Of a stretch of 64,000 bases of DNA, positions 1 through 11,972 are shown one piece after another (position 1 is the first letter of the stretch; the number at the start of each line of letters is the position of its first letter). Source of the stretch: Octopus vulgaris. Its lineage: Eukaryota. The DNA lies in assembly GCA_951406725.2 (NCBI GenBank), contig OX597831.1, forward strand, positions 3,658,001-3,722,000, given 5' to 3'. A program made the position numbers and the translations under genes. Below the pieces are notes generated by a model, which did no database searches, was not told where the DNA came from, and saw nothing but the letters and a program-made list of their open reading frames with translations.

Positions 1-551
1 CAACAGAAGACTTGTGTCAATTCACTTATGTCCTATTATCGTTTGTATGTATTTTATGGCTTTGAATAATTCGTTAAGAGTAGAACCGCGTGCGATCGTA
101 TTTCCTATACGACCACATGTGATCCTTATCTCTTGCAAGTGTAAGCTGTTGGTCTGTGTTGCCTTTGATAATGTCAAGATGAATGCAGTGAAATGTCTGG
201 AGACATAAAGAATTGGAGCAGCACTGTTTATCTTTTTTCGGAATGCCCCCATTGTGTAAAAAAAAAAAAACCAAGTGGGGGCGGTCTCTATTATAAAAAT
301 AGTTACGTTATCCTATTCTTAATAATATATTTTACTGACTATATCTCGTAACCGTTCTTCATGGTGATTTTTCACACTAACATTATAAGAGGTATCTGTA
401 ACATCTTGTATTAATGGTGGTCGCCTGCCTCGAAACTGGACTTGGTCGAGTATCTCTGTGTGGTCAGAGACTTAGCTCTTAAAAGAACTAAAAGCCTAAG
501 ACGAGCTGTGTGGTCAGAGGTTTAGCTCTGAGAAGAACTAAAAACCTAAGA

Positions 552-1378
552 TATTTCTTTATTACCCACAAAGGGGCCACGAAGAGGGGGACATTACAAG
601 ACGGGACATGGGGTACATAAAGTAAAAATAAAATATGAAGTAAAGATGAATTATATGTAATGAGATGGAACGGCTTACGAACCCCCAACTCGCAGTTCCG
701 TTTAAAATACACTTGTACATTTCACAATTACATATATTCCAGTTCAAAATACAATAATTTTACAATTTACATTTTAACATTACATATATTCCTGTTCAAA
801 ATACAACTTTACATTTTACAATTTTACAATTAACAATTTTATTTTTTAACCTTACATATATTCTAATTCTTTTAAATTGGACGTTCGTCCGTCATATATT
901 CTAATAGGTCCATTTGGTCTATTACATCTGGTAATTTATCATACCGTACATAATGCGTTATATGAATAGCATTGAATATCTTTTTTAATTTTGTGTATGT
1001 TTCTTTTTCTATAATTGCGCCTTTTACATCGTCACCATACAGTTTTGGGTTCACCTTCACCCTGACCAACCCTTTTTTAGAACTTTCGGTGGTGATTCCA
1101 CCCTTGATCTCTTCCTATCTTCTGTTCTTTCCTCCTCTGCACTTGCTCGTTCTTCTCCCGTATCCTCATTTAGCTGCTCCTCCATTCTTGCCTCCTCTGC
1201 TTTCGCTTCCTCCTGCACTTCTCCCTCCTCCACACACGCATCCTTACACTCCTCTATTCCAGCCTCATTTAATAAAATTTCATTGCACCGATCGTTTTTG
1301 CCTTCGCTAGTCAGTAAGTGAAGCGCTTGACTCTTTACCTTTTTATTCCCGGTGAATATTGATATTGTTTTACGGATT
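552..1378 (-). mobile_element. Putative retroelement remnant: Glu-rich frameshifted ORF, repeat-containing 3' UTR and SINE-like tail
   Basis: The minus frame reads ...EEGEVQEEAKAEEARMEEQLNEDTGEERASAEEERTEDRKRSRVESPPKVLKK and shifts near 1070-1078 into ORF 872-1069. It ends at ...gcccctttgtgggtaataaagaaata (552), the same tail as the abundant SINE in this window. Confidence 0.4.
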
Positions 1379-1412
1379 TATATTATTTTAATATCTATAA
1401 TTTTATATAAAC

Positions 1413-1703
1413 ATGAGAATTTCTCGGAAACGATTTATGCGTATCCGAGGTAAATTTGTACCACACATGTACGATATCGGATCATTTTTAGATCAAGCTT
1501 TATCCAATGGTTTATTGACTTTAGAACATAAAAATGAAATAAGGTCCAAAATAAATCCTGACGACCAAAGACGAGAGTTACATGATTATATATATAGGAA
1601 ACTTCCGAATGTTTCAGATAAATTGATATCAGCCTTGAAAAAGTCGAAACATTTAAAGATACTTGATCTTTTGATCAGACCACACGGTAAGGATCTTTTC
1701 TAA
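1413..1703 (+). CDS. Intronless CARD-only (death-fold) protein, 96 aa
   Basis: Intact ATG-to-TAA ORF. The pattern FLDQALSNGLLTLEHKNEIRS...DQRRELHDYIYRK...LISALKKSKHLKILDLL fits the CARD helical consensus (LD.Ll..gvLt.e..e.I......d.ar.LlD.l..k......fi.aL......l.dlL). Confidence 0.68.
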   Translation: MRISRKRFMRIRGKFVPHMYDIGSFLDQALSNGLLTLEHKNEIRSKINPDDQRRELHDYIYRKLPNVSDKLISALKKSKHLKILDLLIRPHGKDLF

Positions 1704-2321
1704 ACAATTTGAAACTTCGTATACTGGTAGAAACATTATCTCCAAAAACAATTAGGGAAAATATTTTACATACCACCAACTTATTCTCAACTGGGAGTGA
1801 CAGCCACACATAGTTTAGCTTTGTTCTATAATTAATTCGTATACTGTGTCAAAAGAAAACATTAATTTCAACTAAATTGTTTGAGAAAATTGTATTTTGT
1901 AACTTTTATGTAGTTTAATTCTTCGAAATTTAACCAATGAAATCCCAGCATTTAACTTAAATTCATTTGCTGAGTCTAAGTTAACAGCACACACATACAC
2001 ACGCACACAACAATAACACACACACACACACAGGTACCCATGTTTATTTCAATGTCATCCCTGACTTACGGAATGATTACCTGTGTGTGTGTGTTTTTGT
2101 TGTGTATGTGTGTGCGTGTGTGTTTTTGTTGTGTATGTGTGTGTGTGTTTGTTGTGTGTGTTATTGTTGAAGTCCCCGTGTGTGTGTTTGATCGGGTGTG
2201 GGAGACAGACAGTATGTTGTGTAAGTGAAGTGCTTCTGTTAGTGTGTGCGAAGAGACAGAGAGAGTAATGTGTGAAAGAGAGAGATAACTGAAATTTTTT
2301 ACTCGGTGTATGTGTATATGT

Positions 2322-3522
2322 ATGATGGTGGAATCCATAGCGGCGTGCGATAAGACTGGTCGCTGCTCCAAAATAGAACACTGCCCAGAAAATCACACCT
2401 GCCACATCTGTACGGAACCCGAAAATACGTTCCGTAATCGCTGGGTCGAATGTGGGACATGCCTCATCTCTGTGCCTCCACAACCGACGATTTTCAGAAG
2501 ATCCCAGGCCAAAAAGAGCCACTCCCGTGATGGATAGGCGGAACAGCAATCACTTTTCAGTCAACAACAAAATGTGTCTCCCCCACAACGTGGAGAGGCA
2601 GCAACAACAACAACAGCAGCAACAACAAAATCAACCACAACCAGAGCAGCAGCAGCAGCAACAACAACAACAGCAGCAACAACAAAATCAACCACAACCA
2701 GAGCAGCAGCAACAACAACAACATCAACAACAACAAAATCAACCAGAGCAGCAGCAACAACAACAACATCAACAACAACAAAATCAACCACAACCAGAGC
2801 AGCAGCAGCAACAGCAGCAACAACAAAATCAACCACAACCAGAGCAGCAGCAGCAACAACAACAACAACAACACCAATTGACCAGTGCGGTTCTTGCAGA
2901 ACTGCAACAATCGATCTGTGCTTTAAGAGGGGAAGTTGCAGGAATAAAAGCAAGCATTCAGGTTGGACTCCACAATGAAGGGTCTTATCGGAATGCTCTG
3001 CTAAAGAACCTCCTTGTACCTGTACCTCTTGCCACATCTAAGACCACGGATTCTGCTACCCGTGAAGTTATTGTCATTGGGGTGCCAGAAGACATGGCTG
3101 ATCTTCAGGCATTTGCTGCCAACTCAGCCAAAGACCTAGGCTGCGTTCCCCCAACAGGTGCTCTCTGCCTTGGACGACCTGGCCCAAAACCCAGGCTCAT
3201 CAAGCTGTCTTTTCCAGACCACGCTGAGGCAACCGCATACCATCTGGCCTCAGTTAAAGCTGGGGGTGAAAATCGGACGACCCTCCGAACACGCCCAGGC
3301 TTACCATCCGATGTACGTCCGAAGCTACGTGTAGCGGCTTCCCTGAACCGGAACTCAGCTCTACAGGAAAGCTTCAGTCTTCGTGAAGATGGACAAATCT
3401 GGAGATTTGTTAAGACGGGTGAAACGTGGAAGAGAGATAACAGCTGGTCTGAGTGCTCTCTACCCACAATGACTGACACTGAAAAAAAAACTAAAAAAGC
3501 TACAGCAACTCAGGGAAACTAA
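2322..3522 (+). pseudogene. CR1 ORF1 (Cys/His N-terminus, polyQ, coiled coil, RRM-like region)
   Basis: ORF 2310-2537 (CHIC...WVECG) joins ORF 2452-3522 if one G of tgtggga (about 2454-2456) is removed, giving CHIC-x13-CGH...LC. Then polyQ, LAELQQSICALRGEV, VIVIGVPE and LGRPGPKPRLIKLSF. Confidence 0.75.
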
Positions 3523-6344
3523 ACCTGAACAACCTGCCATCCTCTACACACCTTCATAAACTGCAAGCAGGGTACAAATTGTTGTCCTTAAATGCTCGCA
3601 GTTTGTGCAACAAAATTCATTTGTTCAACGCCTACATTGGAAGTATTGACCCTGACTTCATCACTGTCACGGAAACATGGGCGCATTCCTTACTCTGTGA
3701 TGGGGTTTTCAACATCACTGGGTACAACCTCTTCCGCAAGGACCGCATTAACCGCCGTGGTGGTGGTGTGATGGTCTACGTTCGTTCAAATTTTTCAGTA
3801 ATTCCTTGTATCGATTTGAACGAATCACAAGAAGAAGTTTTTTTCTGTGATGTACGTATGACCATGTCAACACTCCTGCTTGGTGTTGTTTATCGTCCCC
3901 CAAATTACCATCGGGACACACAGCTTTGCGATATCCTCCGAGCTGCTGCCAGGAAAACAGCCACTTATGTTTTCATTGCAGGCGATTTCAATCATCCTGA
4001 GATCAATTGGGAAACCTTCCATTGGCCACAGAGTGCAAACGATTTTGTTGAGCTTGTACTGGACTCAAACTGGTCACAAGTAGTCACCTCTCCAACAAGA
4101 GGCGACAACACCTTGGACCTGCTCTTCACCACAACTCCTGAAGCGGTTATCAATTGCACTACGGAGGAACCTCTAGGTGACTCTGATCATGCTATGATCA
4201 TCGCCAATCTGGCTCTTGCGGGCAACAAAAACCTGAACCATCTCCAAACTGCTTCCTTCGATTGGAAGAGAGCAGATTGGAACCTGTACCACACTGAACT
4301 ACAGCACCCAAACTGGCGTGAATTTTACAACTCTGGAGATGTGAATACTATACTCCAGAGTATCCTGGACTCAATATGGGCAGCATGTGCAGCATCAGTG
4401 CCATGTAAACAGAAAAAGAAGAACCGCCCCAAAAGTGCAATTTGGGAAACTTCAGCGGTCTGACTTGCCAGGAAGGAACGTCGAACTGCTGAACGGGATT
4501 ACAAGTTGCATAAATCAGACACCAACAGGAAGAAGCGGAATGAATCTTCCAACCATCTCAAGCAAGTGACAAAAAAAGCAGTGCTTGAATTTGAACAGTG
4601 CATAGCAGCCAATCCTGACAGCAAGGTTTTCTGGAAATATGTGCATTCGAAGCAGAGACCTCACTCTCCAGTGGGCCCTCTTCGCAACCCTCATGCAAAC
4701 CAGATCACTGATGACCCCAAGGAATGCGCAGAACTCATTGCCGAGTGCTATGCAAACATATTCACTGTTGAAAGTCAAAATGTACCATCTTCACCATCTC
4801 TAACAGCAAATTCCATAACAACTATGGAACTTACACCTGCAATGCTGCGACGTCACCTTCAAAATAAGTGCAACTATGCCTCCCCTGGTCTTGATGGAGT
4901 TACATACCTGCTTCTCAAACGTGGCAGGTACTTCCTTTTACACCAGCTCTCTACTTTCTTCCAGTACTGTCTCAACAATGGTGCTACTCCGGAACAGTGG
5001 AAAACTGCCAGTGTCATTCCTCTGTTCAAGAAGGGCGACCGCACATCACCTGTCAACTATCGCCCAGTCAGTCTCACTAGCTGTATTGCAAAACTGATGG
5101 AATCGTGTGTCAGAGAAACACTTTGGAACTTCTGGAGCTCACACAGTCTCATCCGATCCTCACAATATGGATTTGTCCCTAACTCCAGCTGCAGTGATCA
5201 GCTTGTCGAGTTCCTTGAGGACATTACTCAGATCACTGACAGTGGCTCATGGGTGGATGTTGTCTACCTTGACTTTGCTAAGGCTTTCAACTCTGTGCCA
5301 CACAAAAGGCTTATGGTGAAACTCTCTGCAATGGGTGTGAGGGATGACCTTTTTAACTGGTTGAAGTCCTTCATTCTCAACCGAAAGGAGGTAGTCACAG
5401 TTCTAGGACAGCATTCTACACTATATGAGATGTCATCGGGTGTACCACAGGGATCTGTCCTTGGTCCCCTCTTGTTTGTGGCATACATTAATGACATAGA
5501 TGCAAATTTAAAGAATGCCACAGTATTAAAATATGCAGACGACATCAAGCTGTACCTTGAAATCAAGAGGACAGATCCTGTTGTCTACAGCTCTTTCCTG
5601 CAATCAGACCTAGACACAATGCAGCAATGGATCACAGACTGGCAACTGAAACTGGCTGTGGACAAGTGTACCACCATGCATTTTGGGAGAAAAACCTTGC
5701 GTCCACATACTCCCTCCACAACACTGATATCAAGAAATCCTCTTGCGAGCGTGACCTAGGCATCACTGTCAGCAGTGATTTGCGTTGGACAAAGCATATC
5801 TCTAAAATTGTCAAGAAGGCCGAGGGTGTCTTGGCATCACTCAGCAAGACTTTTGTTAGCCGCTCTCCATCCATCTATTTAAAACTGTATACAGCTATGG
5901 TACGACCACACTTGGAATTCGCATCATCAGTTTGGAACCCCTATCTTGCTCAGAACATTGACCTCCTGGAATCTGTTCAGAGACGTGCAACCAAACGCAT
6001 ACCCTCCATCAGACACCTACCATATTCTGAGCGCCTTGTTTCCCTGGGCATGGATTCACTGAAGCTCCGGCGTCTGGCGACGGACTTGGTAAACCACCCA
6101 CAAAGTTGTCAACCACCTCACCAATAACAACACTGAACACCTTTTTGATCTCCATGTGTCTAACACACGTGGACATGCCTACAAAGTCAGAAAACAACAC
6201 AGCTCCGATGACTTTCGGAAACATTTTTTCATGCTCAGAGTTGCTGAAGCATGGAATAAACTGCCTGCGTCAGTTGTTGACTGCCATGACACTGCATCCT
6301 TTAAGGCCCTCATACTTTCCGAAATCCGCCGAAACTACACCTGA
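3513..6344 (+). pseudogene. CR1 ORF2 (endonuclease-reverse transcriptase)
   Basis: In-frame TGA at 4461-4463 (likely CGA>TGA) and frameshifts near 5690 and about 6095. No AUG before the APE domain. Confidence 0.9.
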
Positions 6345-6861
6345 TTATATATACACTTTAGATGAGTTGTAGTGCACCTGAGCACTGTACACAATTATTA
6401 TTATTATTATTATTATTCATTCCTTCCTCCCTCCCTCCCTCCCTCCCTCTCTTCCTTCCTTCCTTCCTTCCTCCATCCCTCCCTCTCTTCTTTCCTTCCT
6501 TCCTTCCTTCATTCATTCATTCAGTCATTCATACCTTCCTCCCTCCCTCTCTTCCTTCCTTCCTTCCTTCATTCATTCCTTCCTTCCTTCCTCCCTCCCT
6601 CCCTTCCTCCCTCCCCCCCTCTCTTCCTTCCTTGCAGACAGAACAAAACTGGGCAGACAATGTAATGACTGTTATCGTTTTATACACACACATACAACGA
6701 GGGAAGTGGGAACAGTTAACAACGAAAAATAAGATATTATTTATTTATCTCCCTAACAAGTGCGTGCATTATAAACACACCAACCATTGACTCCTTACAT
6801 CTCTTGATTACACATATAATTGCATCTTGTATACACACATACAATGGGGAAAGCGAAGACA

Positions 6862-7980
6862 GTTAACAACAAATAATAACATCTTGAGTGCCGGAAGATG
6901 TGGTAGATTTGCAGGCATTCATTGGAAACACAGCTAGGGATCTCAGCTGTGTCCCTCCAAAAAGTGCTTCCCACCTTGGCCGACTGGGATTCAAACCCAG
7001 GCTGATCAGGCTGTTGTTTACGGGCTTTACTGAGGCGCAGTCATTCCATCTGGCTGCTGATAGAGTTCGGCGTGACAACATAATCAACTTTAGAACACGT
7101 CCTGGCCTATCACCTGATGTACGCCCAAAGCTAAGATCTGTAGCTTCCCTAAATCGCAACTCTGTGCCACAGGAGAGTTTTAGCCTCCGCTATGATGGGC
7201 AAATCTGGAAATTTGTCAAGTCTGGTGAGTCGTGGATAAGGGATGCTAGTTGGACTGAGCAGACTACACCCACAACAACAACTGGCAATACAAAAATCTT
7301 GGGAAACTAACCAAGAACAATCAGCCATCCCCTGTATATCATCATCTGAAATCCAGATATAAACTGCTGTCCTTGAATGCCCGTAGTTTATGCAACAAGG
7401 TGCATCTTTTTGACTCCTACGTCAAAAGTATCAACCCAGATTTCATCACAGTCACGGAAGCATGGGCACACTCTGCACTTTGTGATGGAGTTTTCAGCAT
7501 AGCCGGCTACAACGTGTTCCGCAAAGACCGCATTAATCGCCGTGGAAGGGGTGTGATGATTTTTGTTCGATCAAATCTATCGGCAATCCCCTGTGATGAT
7601 TTGAACCAATCTCAGCAGGAAGTATTTTTCTGCAATATACACATGACCATATTAACACTTCTGCTCGGAGTCGTTTACCGCCCCCCCCCCGCAAAAAATT
7701 ATCGTCAAGACGAACAGATTTTTGATATCCTCAGAGCTCCTGCCAAGAAAACAGCCACGTATGTTTATATTGCGGGCGACTTCAATTTCCCTGAGATTGA
7801 CTGGAAGGCCTTCCATTGGCGCAAAGTGCAGACGATTTCCTTGAACTGGTGCTGAATTCAAATTGGTCCCAAGTCGTTACCTCCCCCACAAGGGGTAACA
7901 ACACTTTGGATCTGCTACTTACCGCTTCTCCTGAAACAATCATTAGTGTCACTACTGAAGAACCTTTAGGTGACTCTGAT
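6862..7980 (+). mobile_element. Diverged second CR1 copy (ORF1 C-terminus + APE domain), truncated at both ends
   Basis: PEDVVDLQAF...RTRPGLSPDVRPKLR...GN* followed by LNARSLCNK...EEPLGDSD, colinear with about 3060-4188 but with many substitutions. Confidence 0.9.
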
Positions 7981-8480
7981 TTGTTTCCAGTTTTCTGTGA
8001 AAAACATGTTCAGCCAAAGGAAAACATTACCTTACTAAGAAACAGGTAAGGGTTAGCAACAGGATTGGCATCTGGTCAGAGAGAATCTGCCAAAACGAAT
8101 TTAATTTAATGACCTAAAATGTTAATGCTTTCATCAGAATCATTTCTGAAAGTAACATTAACTTTTTAGGTCAACCTATCAATAACAAACCTATAATGAC
8201 TACTAAAAGCAACCGTTAGTCAAATTTACTACAATAAAGAAAAAAACATGTAATGACTGTTATTTACACCTGGTCTTGTATACCACTCTGTGTAAAAACC
8301 AGTATAACTGGAGCACTACCATGGATTTACAATATAGAAAGGGGATGAACTATAACCTTGGACCCTGCCACAAGAATATGTGGAGTTCTTTACTAATCTC
8401 AAAAATACTGTTAGCCTGGTGTACTAACAGAGAACTTATAAAGTATTTTGTCTGGATTGATAATCCCTCACTAATAGCTC

Positions 8481-8511
<31 letters not shown>

Positions 8512-8910
8512 TACACCTGCTTGTTGTTCATACACCTGTCTTCATCTTTAGTTTTTCTGTAAATTTCAACTATATATATATACAAAATAAGAAAATGGAG
8601 AAATACATCTAAATCAAATATCAATTACCAGATAATACCCAATCACATACTTTATTAAACCACCGTTGATATTTGATTTAGATGTATTTCTCCATTTTCT
8701 CATTTTGTATTATGAATTTGTGGTAAAACATTTTACCTTTGCCCATATAATACAGTAAATGAATTAATTGCATCGCAATTCTTAACATTTATGTATTAAC
8801 TTTGTTGGGTACTTCACTAGCGGTAGATTGGATATATGTTATCCCATGGAGGGTTGCATTTACAACCCCTATCTCAATTTGTAAATATATATATATGTAT
8901 GTATGTATGC

Positions 8911-8942
<32 letters not shown>

Positions 8943-8981
8943 GTCGATAGATTGACTATGAAGTAATTGATACTGTTTAGT

Positions 8982-9217
8982 AAAGGTGGCGAGCTGGCAG
9001 AAACGTTAGCACACCGGGTGAAATGCTTAGCGGTATTGCGTCTGTCGTTGCGTTCTGAGTTCAAATTCCGCCGAGGTCGACTTTGCCTTTCATCCTTTCG
9101 GGGGTCGATAAATTAAGTACCAGTTACGCACTGGGGTCGATGTAATCGACTTAATCCGTTTGTCTGTCCTTGTTTTTTCCCCTCTATGTTTGGCCCCTTG
9201 TGGGCAATAAAGAAACA
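8982..9217 (+). mobile_element. tRNA-derived SINE with GCCTTTCATCCTTTCGGGGTCGATAAA core (representative copy)
   Basis: B-box gagttcaaattcc and 13-bp TSD gatactgtttagt. Many copies, including tandem-amplified ones at 21801-22396, 24444-24856 and 41812-42228, and a cluster at 46955-48495. Confidence 0.85.
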
Positions 9218-10216
9218 GATACTGTTTAGTTCAGTATTCCAATTCTGTGTTTTTCTTATTATTTTCATTCTACTGATGTCGACAGTCTTGCTTTTGATGG
9301 TGTTGTTGTTGTCGTCGCTGTTGTTCTTCGTTACTGCTGCTGTTGTTGCTGTTACTCTTTTTGGCTGTTGAGGTCAGTGAGTAGCGGAGTGATTGATAAG
9401 AGCCTTGCCCTTTCTACAATGCTGCACTTCTATATGCTAACCATTTTTAGAGCTATACAGTTACCTTTCTCACCACACAGTATAAATCAGTGTGGGAGCC
9501 TCTACACAGTCCCTTGGCCTGCTACAAAAAGCAACCAAATTAACTCACTTCACAGTATCTTAGGAATAAATGATAGCATTTGATATACCGTAAATCCTCG
9601 AGTATAATCCGCATTATTTCCCCAAAATTTAAAGGTCAAAATCCCTAGTGCGTATAATATACAAGGTTAAAAATGAAAAATATTTTCTAAGCAATGTCCG
9701 AGTCCCTGTTTGCTGTCCGGCAATGTTTATTCAGACGCATTTTGTGATGTCGGGCGGGAAAATACCTTAAGCTAAGCCTGAAAGCAATGAAGTCATAAAA
9801 GAATCATCCATAACTTGCAGTAAGCAACATTTATTAAAATATAAGTATTCAGAACACAGAATAACGTGTAACAAAAACAATTTGCAAACAATATTGTATT
9901 CACGAATGGTTGGGCTGGTCAGGGGTGTATAAATTATCCTATTACACTACCTTCAGTATTCGAGTACTATTTTTCCCACCTTGTTTAGCATGTATGTGCT
10001 TACTCATCTATATATATATAGGGTCATTTCACTATGTTGAACTGTTAATCCCTACACATTTTTTTTTCTCTCAGTCTTTTCTGTCAAAGAGCATAGGCTT
10101 GAAACATCAAAGGCTTTTATATTCTCTCCAAACATCAAACTAATACACCTGCTTGTTGTTCCCTCACCTGTCTTTGTCTTTCATTTTCTGTAAATTTGAA
10201 CTATATATATATATAA

Positions 10217-10610
10217 GGCGCAGGAGTGGCTGTGTGGTAAGTAGCTTGCTAACCAACCACATGGTTCCGGGTTCAGTCCCACTGCATGGCATCTTGGGCA
10301 AGTGTCTTCTGCTATAGCCCCGGGCCGACCAATGCCTTGTGAGTGGATTTGGTAGACGGAAACTGAAAGAAGCCTGTCGTATATATGTATATATATGTAT
10401 GTGTATGTTTGTGTGTCTGTGTTTGTCCCCCTAGCATTGCTTGACAACCGATGCTGGTGTGTTTACGTAGCCATAACTTAGCGGTTCGGCAAAAGAGACC
10501 GATAGAATAAGTACTGGGCTTACAAATAATAAGTCCCGGGGTCGATTTGCTCGACTAAATGCAGTGCTCCAGCATGGCTGCAGTCGAATGACTGAAACAA
10601 GTAAAAGAGT
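10217..10610 (+). mobile_element. tRNA-derived SINE, second family (ggcgcaggagtggctgtgtggtaag head; representative copy)
   Basis: tRNA-like head with ggttcagtccc, CORE-like cttgggcaagt, internal (TA/TG)n and (aagagta) tail. Copies at about 11506-11920, 43675-44080(-), 52370-52830(-), 57657-58055 and 62043-62210. Confidence 0.85.
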
Positions 10611-10686
10611 ATATATATATATATATATAATATTATTAGTGAATTGAAGAAATGGAGCTGAACGAAGATTGAACAGAAATCGTTTT

Positions 10687-10777
10687 ATTTCATTCTACAC
10701 GTGTTTCGAAAGGCACAATTTACCAAAATCCGATTGAATAATGAGACCATATTGTGTCTTTCTCTTCAGGAAGAAAT
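10687..10777 (-). ncRNA. Type I hammerhead ribozyme motif with long stem II loop
   Basis: Minus strand: AUUUCUUC-CUGAAGA-GAAAGACAC...GUGCCUUUC-GAAA-CACGUG-UA-GAAUGAAAU. Palindromic stem III and a GUA cleavage triplet. Confidence 0.7.
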
Positions 10778-11662
10778 AGGAAATCCGTTGGAAAAAACAA
10801 AAACAGAACAGAGGCGGAGCAAAACAAATCGAACGAGGCTCCTAAGAGCCCAGGATACTTACACATACATACTTACACATACATCAAACTATTTGGTTGG
10901 CCTGAGGCTATAGTAGAAGACACTTGCCCAAGGTGCCATGCAGTGGAACTGAACCTGGAACCATGTGGTTTGTAAGCAAGCTACCTACCACACAGCCACT
11001 CCTACACCTAGCTACTTACACACACACACACATATATACATACACAAACATACATCTGTGTGTCTGTGTTTGTTCCCCACCACCGCTTGATTACTGGTGT
11101 TGGTGCATTTACATCCAAGCAGCTTGGCAGTTTGGCAAAAGAGACTGATAATAGTACCAGGTTTTACAAAGAAAATTATAATAATTACTGGGTTGATAAG
11201 TTTGGGTAAAATTCCTTAAGCTAGTGCTCCAGCATGGCTGATGACTGAAACAAGTAAGAAAAAATATAAAATGTGTGAATTTAGCATGAATTAGGAAACA
11301 GCAGTGATTGGAGTTTTGTGAACAGAATTATAAGCATTCCCTGTATATTGAGTATAGAAAATAGACTAAAAGTAAGGTGTATAAGTCCCTGTACAAATGG
11401 TGAGGTTTTATCATTAAGTGAGCTTATATGCCCTAATATTAGACTATTTGCTATACTGAGTATATGGTGAACACTTATAATTTTATTTACAAAATTTATA
11501 TGTGTGTTGGCTGTGTGGTAAGTAGCTTGCTAACCAACCACACGGTTCCGGGTTCAGTCCCACTGCGTGGCATCTTGGGCAAGTGTCTTCTGCTATAGCC
11601 CCGGGCCGACCAATGCCTTGTGAGTGGATTTGGTAGACGGAAACTGAAAGAAGCCTGTCGTA

Positions 11663-11727
<65 letters not shown>

Positions 11728-11934
11728 TTGTGTGTCTGTGTTTGTCTCGCTAGCATTGCCTGACAACCGATGCTGGTGTGTTTATGTCCCCGTCACTTAG
11801 CGGTTCGGCAAAAGAGACCGATAGAATAAGTACTGGGCTTACAAAGAATAAGTCCCGGGGTCGATTTGCTCGACTAAAGGCGGTGCTCCAGCATGGCCGC
11901 AGTCAAATGACTGAAACAAGTTATATGATATAAA

Positions 11935-11972
<38 letters not shown>

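Larger units (their letters stand above)
2183..6417 (+). mobile_element. Near full-length CR1-type LINE (ORF1 + APE-RT ORF2), disabled by a few mutations
   Basis: APE motifs LNARSL, TETW, GDFN, LDL, SDH. RT motifs YRPVSLTS, YLDFAKAF, GVPQGSVLGP, YADD, ERDLG. CR1-like C-terminus TRGH...FF.LRV..AWN.LP. (TTA)n tail at 6394-6417. The 5' boundary is uncertain. Confidence 0.93.

Noticed and set aside
14-480. Short ORFs at the window start as part of an endogenous virus with the CARD gene
   Set aside because: No recognisable viral hallmark motif and the ORFs are short. This cannot be supported without the upstream sequence.
4461-4463. TGA between APE and RT of the CR1 as programmed readthrough
   Set aside because: Most simply a CpG transition. 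The same copy also has two frameshifts.
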